A stretch of DNA of 61,728 nt, counting the filler, from Catajapyx aquilonaris (taxonomy: Eukaryota), in assembly GCA_000934665.2 (NCBI GenBank). It is 4 parts of 4 records of this genome, joined end to end, with 100 filler letters (N's around TTAATTAATTAA, not from the genome) between each part and the next. Parts side by side here need not be neighbours in the genome. Positions count along the whole stretch, not along the records: positions 1 to 15,201 come from JYFJ02007566.1; 3 more parts are not named here. One strand, given 5' to 3'. Positions 1 to 12,976 of this stretch are shown one piece after another; the stretch's first letter is position 1, and each line of letters opens with the position of its first letter. The notes under the pieces are model-generated. The model saw only the letters and a program-made list of their open reading frames with translations. It did no database searches and was not told the DNA's origin. A program made the position numbers and the translations under genes.

Positions 1-1240
1 CCCCCCCCCCCCTGGATCCGCGCCTGCACAGAACAGTCTGCATTTCAGTCTTCATACGGTACGTGAATTATTCAACGTAGAGGAGACATTAATAAGCAGC
101 ACTAAAGCTACAAATCTAGGTCAGTTTGTAAGATCCACACTGCCAAAAGACTAACATCCCTGGTCCATCATATTTTTCGGAACTAACTTGAATGGCTAGG
201 GTTATTAGCGATAAGCATAATGAACGTGTTCAAAGGTGTATTGCAATTTTTTATTGTTATTTTTAAATGTTTAAAGAGGGTATGGTACAGGAATTGACCA
301 CTCGAAAGGATGAAAGAGCATATATATGGCTCCGCTGTCCGGAAAAGTGAGTGACGATTTAATGAGGGGCAAGTGACAAAATAGAAGTGTCAGGAAAGTG
401 GGTTGAGCCGTGAACGCTTACGGAACTCTTGCGCCCGACATCCCCAGACAACAATCATCTGAAAACAAAAGGTTGACGATCGAAATTCAAAAATAACATG
501 CAGTGTTTCATCCTGCCATCACCACCAAAAATTACCGGTAGGCCTACCGTATAGATGCAGTATGCGTATATGGAAATTAGCATTATTTTTTCTTGCAGAA
601 AATTATCCGTGCCCATTATGCATAATATATTCTTCTCTTAAAATATATATATATATAACTGCTCACGTAACTATATCCTCCTCATCATTGTATAACATTA
701 TGCATGACTACACATTGTCCGGAGATAAGAGCGATAAAAACGTCCACCACAAGTTCATCCACATGGCACCCATTCATGGCCTAAACTTCATTCCCCCGAG
801 GGGTTCTCAAAAAAGAAATATCTACCAGGCCACACTTCCTCCTTGACGAAGGCCATCATCAGAAAAAAAAAAATGGACGAACATAAAAAAAAAATAGCCC
901 ACTAGCCCCCTGGGCAACCGAAGTTACCCAGGTGACAGGTAGTCCATCCCACATGATACCTGGACCCTTGAGAAGTGGGAGTTGGAGGAGCGAGGAATGA
1001 GTCCGCATAATTAAGTACCATGAGGAGGAGCTAACGGTGAAGTTGAAGGACTAATAATAACACCACAAGTCACTCCGCAGGTCTCTTTTGGAAACACTTT
1101 ATTCCGCTCAGTGAACTGAGAGGAACCGGACCTGTGTGTGGTTTGAAGTGCGCGGGATATTTGCAAGGAGTCATTGCGCTCACTTTCTGCTCTTTCACTG
1201 GAGGAAAAAGCGAAAAAGGGGTATTTTAACTGCCTGCAAG

Positions 1241-1325
1241 ATGTGGTCCTTAAAAATCATTTCTGTTATGATTTTGGCAACTGTTCTGGTAAGTTATTGC
1301 CTGATAACACCTTGGCAGCACATCC

Positions 1326-1390
<65 letters not shown>

Positions 1391-2958
1391 GGGCATTGCG
1401 ACATGTTTATTAATGCCATGTTAGCAAAACCAGACATCTGACAGCATTGGCGATTTTATGTGTGCGCCTCGCATAATTTCACTGTGAGATATGTCAAGTT
1501 TTTCATTTCAGCTGTTGATATAATGCTGTTCAAAGCAATTTATTAAATTTGATTGTTTATAATATGTAATATTCTTGCTATTGGCCTAAAGCGAACAATA
1601 ATGTCCCTTAATTTCCTGATAGGAGTTGCTATTGTGAGTCACTGGCGATAACGGGGAATTTAATTGGTAATACGTAACCTATTCTTCTATTACAACGTAT
1701 GACCACATTATTAACGGCTTAAACTAATTTTACCAATATTTTCTCAAAGTTATGGCACACTCCCGTTAAAACCAGCAATAAAATTAAGTTGTAAATGTCG
1801 AGCTTGTGATTTTATAGTTTCGACGTGACTATCAGGCCTAATTTTATAACAACCTCCAATGCTGCTCCACTTGGAGTGACCAATGAAAAAATAACTGAGC
1901 ATGCTGCATGTCTCTTAACGGGTCGGCAATTAATTAAAACCATAACAAATTGCTTGACATCCTTATAGGTGGAGGCACGTCATCAATCAGGGAGCTTCAA
2001 AGTTCGAATCTATCCTTACGGTAACCCCCGAGGTCAGTGCTGTCAGTGGCGTACAGACACTTCCCCAGCTACTTGTGTCGTCAAGTGTCGGTATTTCTTC
2101 CGCGTCTGTGCCAACACGACCCACTCATACCGACCTGGGGAAATGTCTTGCCTGGTTACAAAACCTACTAGAGCCAACAGGACAAGCGATGTGTCATTTC
2201 CATTCTACTCACCTTGGACAGTAAGTATAACACTAAATAAAGCATGTGTTTGTATGTAGCCATTTCTGTCACGTTTAATTTGTAGGGTTCGGTCAACTTG
2301 CTGATTCAAGCCTGGTACGGATTCCCCAACTTTACACTGGGTAGAGCCAGCCAAAATTCACCATGTAAGTGTTCCTCTCTAAATGTCCGATGTTGAGCAC
2401 TCATGTAATATGGCTAGAAAATATTTGAACTGGGTCAAAGTGATCCCAAGCATATACAAACCGATCATAAGACGCCCATTTCTATATCTAGTCAGCAAGG
2501 CCCGACTGATGACCCACATGGAGGAGCAGCACTTTCTAACAGCGGGTAAGAGATGGACTCGCAACTCCTACCACACCACAGCATCCAGACTGGATTATGC
2601 CATCAAAGTCTCTTGCGAGTCTGATTACACCAGACCGTTTTGCATGCGCAGAGCAGATAAACCAGAAGTAGATGAAGAAGAGGAAGAGGAAGGATTTAGC
2701 TTCCCAAGTTTCGGACTGGAGGAGTTGGGATCGTTGATGGAGGGCTTGGGGCTGGAAGGAGTCGACTTGCAAGACCTGGAGGAAAGAATTATCGACATCA
2801 TGGGGCAGAGAACTTTCGGAGTTGACCTTCTCCAGGTCGGCAGCGAAATTGAGACGATGGTGGAGTCCTTTGGGAACGTAGTGGGTTCATTGTTTGCTTT
2901 CAGTTCCTTCCTGAGAGGAATGAAACTGGTGGCTGACTTTGTCACCGGATTCTTTTGA
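1241..2958 (+). CDS. Secreted Notch-ligand (Delta/Serrate)-like protein: signal peptide, MNNL/C2 domain, truncated DSL, acidic/amphipathic tail; exons 1241-1288, 1969-2220, 2286-2364, 2492-2958 (~281 aa)
   Basis: GT-AG introns with compatible phases. Signal peptide MWSLKIISVMILATVL. Motifs SGSFKVRI..NPRGQCC, CRYFFRVC, FPFYSPWT-GSVNLLIQAWY and LTAGKRWT..LDYAIKVSCESDYTRPFC match the Delta N-terminal C2 domain and the start of DSL. Confidence 0.8.
1326..1390. repeat. (TTA)n microsatellite in intron 1
   Basis: Read directly; explains the poly-L/poly-I ORFs. Confidence 0.97.
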
Positions 2959-3588
2959 GCCTAAATAACTAGATACCGCACAGCCGTAAATGAGATGGCG
3001 TGCCTTATTTATTATCCTATTTTGGATCAGTATTTATTTTTATCCTACCTCATGCCTTTTCCATGCATTGTATTAGTAGACCTATAATTGGGTTGCGGTT
3101 TTATGCTGTCGTGTATATAGCTGCGGCCTGTGTATGAATGCAACCAACTCAGTGTGTCGAAATAAATACTATTGTATTTATTTGTTAAAACGATTGGATA
3201 TGACCTGTCAATAAATAATGAGAACCACGAATGCAGCGTACGCATCAAGTTACTACAGATAGTAGCCTACTATATGATATAGTTTAACCTGTCCAGGGCG
3301 GAGACTCTGTTCCTGAAGAATTTTCTTAACGAACTTTAGTTGCCGTTATAATATGCACGGAAATGCATTGAAAATCATCCGTCGGGACGGAATAAAAGTT
3401 CCGTTCATACGTAATAGCAGTAATGATCAAGTTTACGTTAATATAAACTTAGAGGTTATTCTACTACTTGTATAATTATTTATTACTGATGCTGCCTTGA
3501 TTGATTAATTGGGGTTTTGTGGCAAAAGAGCAACAATGGCCATGTGTTTAGACTCTCAAATCAGGTTCCACCCACCGCCTTGTCTATA

Positions 3589-4067
3589 CAGGGTGTCCGT
3601 GAACCGACCAGTCAGACCTGTACCAGTGGCTTAAATGACACGAGAGGATCATGTTATGTAGAGGAGTCATTATGTCTGGGCAGCCTCATTACTGAGATAA
3701 TTGCCTTCAAACTACAAGTACAAAGTATCCTGGGAGGTAGGCCTATGGAAACCTTCAGCCACGAAATCGCATCACCGGTCAAATAATAGCAGCTTTTCCA
3801 TTTGGCTACCAGCATGTCGCATGACACACACCAGCACACATTGACACTCACTCACACGCATTTGCCACTGCTATTTGACAATCACTCTTAGGGCCAATCG
3901 CTAAATTGCAAATGATCAATTATCTCCGTAATGAGGCTGCCCAGACATAATGACTCCTCTACATATACCCGTGGCTTAAATGACACGAGATGATCATGGT
4001 AACATGATCCTCTCGTGTCATTTAAGCCACGGGTACAGGTCTGACTGGTCGGTTCACGAACACCCTG
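3589..4067. mobile_element. Tc1/mariner-type MITE, ~110-bp TIRs, TA TSD
   Basis: TA|CAGGGTGTCCGTGAACCG...CGGTTCACGAACACCCTG|TA. Confidence 0.85.
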
Positions 4068-4970
4068 TATAGTTGATAAGCATTCATTCGGGCTGTGGCA
4101 GTCCCAGGTTCGGTCACCGATGCCAGCCATAATAACTTTGGGCAACTGAAGAGTGGAAATGATAAAGGGCCTAAGTGCCATATTTTTGAAGCTGAGAAAA
4201 AGCGCTTTTTGTGTGTCCTATACGTAATTATACTTTCTTGGTGATGATGACTTGGCAGATGCAACATACAATCAAGGCACTTGGCCAAGTGCAATAGTAG
4301 TGAACATATACCACTGTTTTATAATAAAAATTTAAGGCCAAATGTGAGGAAACAAGAAAGGCGTATGTGCCATGGGACCATTTCCAAGTTCCATAATCTC
4401 ACACTAAAATTATTACCAAGTGAATGTGGGTATTTGTGTGGCAGTTATGGATGCCCATATCCACTACAGGCTACAAAATTAATGTGTTCATGATTGTAAG
4501 GGTTAACTAGGAGAAAGGGTTCAAATAATAAACAGACCCCAAGATACAATATTTTAAACAACTTCTGTATACTGCTTATTCACTTCGCACCTCGGACATT
4601 ACAGAAACAAAACCCCGCTACAAAAATGAAATGCATTGTAATCCCGATTATCAGAGCTAATGAATGCACAGGTGTCGCCGGATAATCGGAAACCACGGAT
4701 AATCAGATAATGGGCGTAGATACCGTAAAATATATGAGCTATTAACTGGTTTTAATGTACTATTGTATGATAGTGTATGCTGATTTAACTGAGGTTTAAT
4801 CAAAATATTAAACCTATATATATTTCTAAAAAAAAGTGTTATATTTCTTTGTTAGTGAGACATATTGACATTTTTTCGAACTTTAATTTTTAATTGAATA
4901 TTTACGTTGATCACATTTCTATCAACAACAGAAATGATTATAATAACAAAAATAATTACATATGTATGTA

Positions 4971-5099
4971 CTATCGGGTTCAAATACTTTTGGCCACTTT
5001 ATCCTGCTCTTGAAGCAACCCCACGTTCAGGAAGTGTGTGTGTGTGAAGGCTTGCTTCAAGACCAGGATAAAGTTGCCAAAAGTATTTGAACCCGATAG
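4971..5099. mobile_element. Small Tc1-like MITE
   Basis: TA|CTATCGGGTTCAAATACTTTTGGC...GCCAAAAGTATTTGAACCCGATAG|TA. Confidence 0.75.
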
Positions 5100-6841
5100 T
5101 ACAGTACATGTATGCAAGAAAAAAAGCAGCACATTTTTACTCGCGTACAAAGTGTACGTAGGTTACCCAATTCAACGTTTTTCTTTGTCAAAAATTCCGC
5201 AACTGTTTTGCACTTTACCACACGGAATCAGAGGTGTTGAGATAGGAAAGTTGTTTTGTATTGCTTTCAATACCACATTTTATATCAGAAGTTCTAAGAC
5301 CCAATGTATTGCATGCAATACAGTCCTCTAACTCAACAATGGTGCAGAATTTGAACACCTTTCGTCGCTGGATATACCATTGTCCATAAATGGACCAACC
5401 CAATATTACTATGGGTATTGCACTGATATTGCACTGCAGGTGTGAAGTGAATGATAGTAAGGTAAGTTGCGGTAAGTGCAGCCGGATTTTGATTAGGTCC
5501 AGTTTAAAGGCATGCTATACTTCCTCAGTAATTAGGAAGTGAAGAAAAAAAAGTAATGGACAATATACCTTACCTTATTGGCTTTCAAAGTGGCCAATTT
5601 CATCTCTGTGGGTGCTCCGAAAAATAATTAAAATATGCACGTGGTGCATAGTGCCGCACTTGCCCTGTTATACGGGGTAAATGTGATTGTGAAATTCTCT
5701 CACAGTAATAAATATTGTTCAGGTTGCATAGGACTAGTGCCACAAAGACACAAACTTGCTCTGTCAGTCTGCTTTTCCCGAATAAAAAAAATTCCAAGAC
5801 GTTCTTACAGGACGAACGTTTATTCAGTGCTCCGGAACAGGTTGGCTAGTACTGGCATTATCTGATTAAAATGCATTATGTGGAAGTGTTTTCCCCATCA
5901 ATGAGTGTTCGAAATTAGCCTGTCGCCAGTCGCAGAATATCCATTGGTGACGACATAAAAATGTCTTGTCGCATCTTTTGCGACCGCTAGCTTTATACCT
6001 CCAATATTGCATTTTGATCCATAATTGGGTATGCACTTGCCCCTGACGATGTCTAGTTAGGGGGAAGTGCAGCCCCCTTTTAAAAAACCATTATAATTAT
6101 GCCACAAAACAGAACAATATTAAACAGTGTGATAGACTGATAGTACACCTTAACCTCTTCTGTACAGTGTCAGAGCGGTTACGCAGCATGAGATTCAAGA
6201 CTCGTCGGCAGAGATGGGCAGTATTTAAATACGTATGTAAATATTTTTTTGGTATTTAGAGATGTATTGATGACTACATTGGTTCTGTATTTAAATACTG
6301 TATTTCAATACATTTCTGAGTATTTAAATACATATCGTAATTAATACTTTCCCTAACTCCCTCTTAATTTATATTTGCATAATTCTTAATTCTGAAACCT
6401 AATGAACGAAAAGCAGCTAATGAGCAGCTGATTCTCCTAGGCAGCTTGCATCATGATAATAATAGGTGGAGGAGACCAATTGGAGAGTATGGAGTTGGTG
6501 AGAGTGGAAAACCCTCAAGTAGTACTCACTCGTTGAATTTGGTACTCCAGTGTACACTTTACAGTCGAGTAGTTAACCCCTTGGGACACCCATTACTATT
6601 TACACTGGGAATGGCTTTAGAATTAGGCTTAGACGAGCTACCATATCAGGCTCGGCATGATGAAACAGTTTGTGCAGCGATTAAGTACTGATGGTGAATA
6701 TGTCTGAGCTGGTTAGGCACGATGCCAATTACCATCATATTTACATTTGCCGAGCGAAAAATGGGGCTCATATCAAAACAAACTTAGGTAAGACAAAAAC
6801 TTGAGACATTTCTTAGCATTTCAAAACTTAAATAATTAAGA

Positions 6842-7047
6842 CAGTGGTTTCCAACCTGGGGGTCGTGAGCCTTTGGTCAACTTTTTGTTTTGTTTTTTGC
6901 AATTTCTGTGTAAATTGAACCATTTTTGCGGCCGTACAGAGTGTATGTTTTCTGGAAATGGGTCAGTTGTAGAAGGGGCCAGGGGGGTCGCACATTTATG
7001 GAAACATGTTTAGAGGGTCGCAATTAATGAAAGGTTGGAAACCACTG
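6842..7047. mobile_element. hAT-type MITE
   Basis: TIR CAGTGGTTTCCAACCT/AGGTTGGAAACCACTG; 8-bp TSD AATTAAGA/CATTAAGA. A 5'-truncated relative lies at ~22230-22423. Confidence 0.85.
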
Positions 7048-8589
7048 CATTAAGATATGTCTACAAGTTTTCGAGTTATAGGATTTTAAAATTCGGACAT
7101 TCTTTTTTTTAAATTTAACTTTTTCAGTTCAAACTTTAATGCATATTGTGATGCACCTACAACTTTTTGTGAATAAAAAATGCATATATCTTTACCAAGC
7201 CCGTTGTTTAAGCCTAATTTTAAGACTGTATGACCATGAATTCCTCAGAGAGATCATGTCATCATGCGATGCCAAAATGTCGCGAAATCTTAAAAAATTT
7301 GAATGGTAGAAAATCTTGAGCTTACAGAGAAAACTAACATCAGGTTTCCAATTCCGCACACTCAAATTAGGTAAGAACAAGTGCTGGTATTAACTCAGCC
7401 AGAAATTTGTTTCCCAGTGTTATTATTAACTTACCCCTTTCCTCAAGTTGAAGTCTTGATAACATATAGCTAATTATAGAATGGATATAAAAGTAGAAAT
7501 CTGTTATGTTTTCTTATTTTTATCCAAAGAATTATGGTAATAAATAATATTAGTTGCACTCTTGCATATTAACAAAAAATGTACTTGAAATGTATTTACA
7601 AAAGTATTTAAATACTTTTGATGTATGGCTAATTCCACGCATGACTTACACGACATGACCCTCAGTTTATGCCTAACTTTTAATTTTTTAAAGCACAAAC
7701 TTAGCATTTAAGGAAAGGGTGTTTAAACATAAATGTGCACTTTGTATCCAAGTGTTAATTAATATTTTGATTTTAACAGGTGCACATTTCATTTGAGTTA
7801 TATAAAATAATATATAAAGGAATGTGTGACTTACATGACAAGAAAGCCACTGGTAACAGAGGCTTCAGATATGAATGTAAAATTCTTCACATTTATGACT
7901 TAAATGTTAGTGTTATTGGGGTGAGGATATTTTCAAAGACCCAAATTAAAATATTACTTATATTTCTGATGAGATTTATGAGAAGAATTTTGGATTTTAA
8001 GGACAGAAACAAAGTAATCTTTCTTATTACATGTTATTTTATTCAAATATTTAAATGATAGGCCTACATGAGAATGTGCAGGGCAACAATTCTTATAATT
8101 AACATTTGAACATGTATAATGCATATGTGTACCTGAGCAGACAGCAGTGGATTCATTGTATTGTCATGTGAGGTTGCCAGGTGTGATACCTGATGGTCAT
8201 CGCTGGCGACCCTGTCATGGGATATAATGCTATGAAGCCGGAATGGGTATGTAGGCTACTACAATGTATGTAGTCTATATGTGTGTATAAAATGGTCTAT
8301 ATCTATACATTGGTATAACTTGCCCAACAAAGCATGTAGTGAGTTCTGTCCATTAATTACATTTGCAGTCAATGACAATCTAGTTATCTGCTTTATTATC
8401 TGTAAAACTAAAAGCAGATTCCATACTATTTGAAGATTCTGCAGCAGCAAATTACACATCTGGGATGAATTAGCAGGTATGAGTACCAGAAGTCTGTGGT
8501 ACAATGTCTTTAATAAGTCAAGTTAAAAATAAACAATATAAAAGTCAAGAATGGAAGCATTGGAAATAAGAGAATGTTCTAATTCATAA

Positions 8590-8830
8590 TGTCCAAGTGT
8601 ACTGAAATAATGAGATTTCCTTAGCCAGGAAAATAAACAACTTCTTTTCTAGTAGGAGTTCACATTTCATCAAGCGTAGCTATTCTTCTTTCAATATCCT
8701 TTGATTCAATGAATATAATATTAATATTAGGATAAACTCTATCGGCAACTTCTGCAAATTCTCCAGGTGTGTTTGGATCAAACTGTCTGGCATTGATGGC
8801 TTCTCAAACTCTACATTTTTCCTTCAACGC
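8590..8830 (-). pseudogene. Decayed transposase-like coding fragment (family uncertain)
   Basis: Translates KCRV*EAINARQFDPNTPGEFAEVADRVYPNINIIFIESKDIERRIATLDEM*...FPG/LRKSHYF. The stops sit where Trp is plausible. Confidence 0.35.
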
Positions 8831-9635
8831 TTCTCTCTCACTAAAAGTCACTGATAAAAAATATATAAAAAAACACCCTTCTAAGTTCTTTTTGCCTTTC
8901 CAATGCACTTATCTAGGACAGCTCTTACTTCCCTTCTTGCTTTAACTACAACATTTGCCTTTTCTTCCATTCCACTACTGTAAGTGCCATTTTAACAGCC
9001 GGGAAGCAATAGTGACAGTGGCATCCAATCCGTTTCCTGCTGGTTTCCAAGATATGAAGCTGTTACTATCTGCCAGATTATTATTTTTAAAATATTGCCC
9101 AATTAGTGATTGAAAGATTTCTAACCTAATTAATAATGAATGAGCTAATAACCATGTAACACAAACTGATGAAGGTTAACAGAAAAAAAAATAATAATGC
9201 TGCTCACTTGCTTCTTGTAATGGTAGATATGTGAATGCTGGACTGTCAGAATGGTTTAAACTGCATGATATTAAAATGGCAGCAGATCAGAATTTTAGAC
9301 GCCAGCATTTCATTGTTGTAAGATGCTTGCTGGATTCACTTGCATTGCTAGCTGGTAACACAGGGTGCATTTGAAGTCAATTCAGACTAGTTATGGTACA
9401 GGTTGGGTTAATTAAGCCTAGAACAAATCATTATTCACTTCTGTTTAGTTTAATTAGCACTAAAATTGGCAACCTAAGGTCAATCAGGGTGTAATTAAGG
9501 CCCAAAAGTACGACAAAATATATTTTCATGACACCTATCACATGCTTTTCCTACCGGTATTGCTTATCAATCACTTGTCTTGTACTTGTACAAAAGGTGT
9601 CGCTACCAAAATCAGCCTTGGACCTTCCTCTATGC

Positions 9636-9903
9636 CAGTGGTTCCCAGCCAATGGGTGGGGACCCCCTAGGGGGTCACGAAGCCTTTCTGGGGGAGGGGG
9701 AGGGGGGGGGGNTGTCGCACGCATGGCCAGAGTTATTTTTATAAATTAAAAAATAACTAAATTTAAAAAATACATAAAACTTTATAGGAAATTTCACCAC
9801 AAAGGTTTTTTCAACACCTTGTAACACTCAGGGGGTGGTGGCAGGTTACTTGACTATCATAAAAGGGGGTCGCGACACGAAAAAGGTTGGGAACCACAGA
9901 CTG
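9636..9903. mobile_element. hAT-type MITE
   Basis: CAGTGGTTCCCA...GGTTGGGAACCAC(AGA)CTG with perfect 8-bp TSD CTCTATGC (9628-9635, 9904-9911). Confidence 0.85.
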
Positions 9904-10274
9904 CTCTATGCAATGCAAATGAGTGCCATGATCAGATGACAAAGAGCACACTTGGATTCATCAAATGTAGGCAAGTGTGCACACCTGAATTTTACTCCCT
10001 ACTGCCCCAAATATGGGGAGAAAAGGTATGTGCAGCCCCCATAATGGCAATATCACAACCTCAAAACATACCGAGGAAGGCAGCTATTACAGACAGTGCA
10101 AGGAAAACTTTTTCAGCTGTCCATTAATTCAACAATCCACTATTAGTTTGCATGCATGATTCTGTGTTCATTGGGGAGACAAGAAAAAGAGGATGTCACA
10201 TGTGCAGCTGCACAGCATTGTTATTTTTAATTGTAGATTTTTAAAAAGTGTACATTTGTAGTTATATAAACTTA

Positions 10275-10401
10275 TGCCTGATTGCACCAACGAAATCACT
10301 GATTTGATAGCTCGTAATAGACCATTAGGACACGTTAAAAGGGCTCCTAATGATCCATTAGGAGCTATCGGACCGGTAATTTCGGTTGGTGCAATTGGGC
10401 A
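10275..10401. mobile_element. PIF/Harbinger-type palindromic MITE
   Basis: Imperfect ~55-bp arms (TGCCTGATTGCACCAAC.../...GTTGGTGCAATTGGGCA) flanked by TTA on both sides. Confidence 0.7.
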
Positions 10402-10933
10402 TTAAACAGGTACCTATGTGATCATATTAATATTGTACTACTTCACAGCCATCATATCCAAATAACTAAAGACAATTCCCTCAATACATTTCCAAATATG
10501 ACATTATATTATAGCTCATATAACTTACACAGTTTCTTAGCCACTCATCAAGATGCCAATTTCTGGGTCACAGGTCACAGGAAAATTAGAAGTCAGTGCC
10601 ATTTGAAAGAGAATCGGCGACTCCTTTGGCGCTGCTTGTTACAAATTTGAAATTTTGCTTACCATCGCACTGAAAGGAGGCTTTAAAAACCCATATAACG
10701 GAATTTTTATTGGCCAAAATAATGGACATTTTGAAAAACTGACAAGCAGCGACGACAGAGGGATCTCTTCTTAGCATAGAACAATTTTTATATTAGAACT
10801 CGGTGTCAAATTACAGAAAAAAATAGTAGACTACAGAGGTGCGTTTTCCGAGGCGAAGATTCTCTTATGGTTTTGAGGCACCTTGCTTTTGATGTACAGA
10901 GGACAAACTTGTGTGAAACTGTACGTATGTGTA

Positions 10934-11147
10934 CACCAGCGAGCATAAAGTTGGAGATGGCAGGCCCTCACCTTCGGCAGGCTGCTCTGCCAATCTCAGC
11001 TATTATGGTATCAAATATACTGTTATAAATACACGAACACACGCCTGAAGCAGCTAACTCGGTCCAAAAAAAGAGTCAATTAAATTGAGTCAGATAAAGA
11101 AAGCGCAGAGAAGGCCTACAGCATCACCAACTTTATGCTCGTGGGGG
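10934..11147. mobile_element. MITE with ~30-bp TIRs and TA flanks
   Basis: CGAGCATAAAGTTGGAGATG...CATCACCAACTTTATGCTCG. Confidence 0.65.
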
Positions 11148-11638
11148 TACATATTTTGTAGGTGATACTCCTCGACCATCACATGTAGTGATAGTGAAAG
11201 AGGTCCTTAAATGTTAATCTTAAAATACCATTTCACAGCCAACATGACTAAAACAACTCAATGGCACACAAAATCTTTTCAGATATAAGAGAATCATATA
11301 GATCATGACTGTGTTCCAACTGAAGTGGAATACAACAGTTTTATTCTTGGAATCCATGAGAGATCATGAAAATGAAATCATACAACTGCAAAATTATCAC
11401 ATACGCAAAAACTAATGCACGTGCCAACAAAATTAAAAAGTAACTTTCAACGTATTTACGTTCACTTTTAAGAAATAAGTTCTTTCCATTTGTATATCTT
11501 TGGGCACCAAGCAACAATTATCAAATGCCAAAAAGTTGCTAACTACTGTACTATGTACACTTCAACATTCCAACTATCATACTGAAACACATTTAAATCT
11601 TTCTAAAGTACTCTTCATTCCAAGTATTTCAAAATTAA

Positions 11639-12482
11639 CCCTAATAAGATGGGCGTATCATATGCTGGCTTCAAAAAATTCTGCTGGCGAAACTATAGCA
11701 TTTTCCCACTATGTAACGTGGTTTCTGCATGGGTTTTTAAAGTTTTCTCTCGCGTAAAAAGTCGCGAATTTTGGACTACAAAATCTTGCATAAATAAACC
11801 AGATTAACCAGATTAACTTGAATGACATCGTCTTTTTGCGGCCGATGAAAAAAAAACTCCCCCCTCCTAAAGAATTATCATGTTGGCCGGCAAATTATGG
11901 CATACAGAGTTGCCCCCAAACCTCCTCGAGAGATTCCACCCTAAAATTAGTGCAAAAGAATTTTCAATAGTTGAAAAAAGAAAAAAAAAAATGGTAAATG
12001 CCAATTAGCGGCTGGCGGGCCTCTGCGCAACTCCCGGCCGGCCTCCTCAGGATGGAGGGGCGCATGCCCCATGGGGCTTTTGAACAGTTGTGGAGCAAGG
12101 GATGTTTACACTCGAGTGGGGGTTGTATATTTGTCCCTCTTGTTGGCATGCCTATACTGTGACGTATTATTCATGCATACTGGTCTGTTCAGTAGGGCCA
12201 GCATGACACATCCATACACTTCTTGTCAGCCCAGGAGTGACAAAAAATTGGAGGAAAATACGTAGGCGCCAAAAGCACCCCTGCGGCATCTGTTGAGACA
12301 TTTAAGAATTTAAATCTCCGCATGGTATGCCAAGAGGGTCCCATAAATGGTCTCAGGATCAATCTTAGACACTACACAATGTTACTCACGAGATTAGTCA
12401 CGTGTGGTCCCTCAAATGACAACTGAAGAGATTTTTTGGCCAATCTTGCAAAAACGCGAAAAAACCGCCTGTCTTATTAGGG
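11639..12482. mobile_element. Non-autonomous piggyBac-like element
   Basis: TTAA|CCCTAATAAGATGGGCG...CGCCTGTCTTATTAGGG|TTAA; second copy at 25222-~26035. Confidence 0.85.
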
Positions 12483-12976
12483 TTAATACAGTGGAAATCC
12501 AACTTCTTGGTTCTTGTTTCTTGGTCTAGAACTGCAAGTGTGGATGTTAGAAATTCTGCCCTGAGGCAAACAGCTGTGCATGCATGCTGCCCATCTTGTC
12601 TCCCTTTGCTGAGATAAACATTTTCATACTAGCAGGTCAGGAGAAGAGCCAAAAAGCAATGGAATTTCCATCAACATGAACCTCAGGTGAATTTTGAAGG
12701 CCAAGTCCCTGATGACTTGTGTAATTGTCTCAACTATGCAGTAAGATGGAAAGGAGTGCAGTGGTAATATTTTAAAAAGTAAATCATCACTCCTATAATA
12801 ATTATGCACATTTGTACCAGTTTCCTCCCTTTGCACACCATGGCCAGTGTTCAGTCACCTTTTTTTCCAATAGAGGTTTTAATTAACAGAATAAAAAACG
12901 AATTAGCCATCTCTTGCCAGCAGATCATAAGTCCATAAGGAACATGAGACAACTTGTTGTGCATGCATGTGCATTG

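Noticed and set aside
1136..1441. Poly-Leu/poly-Ile ORFs
   Set aside because: Read-through into an intronic (TTA)n; only 1241-1288 is exon.
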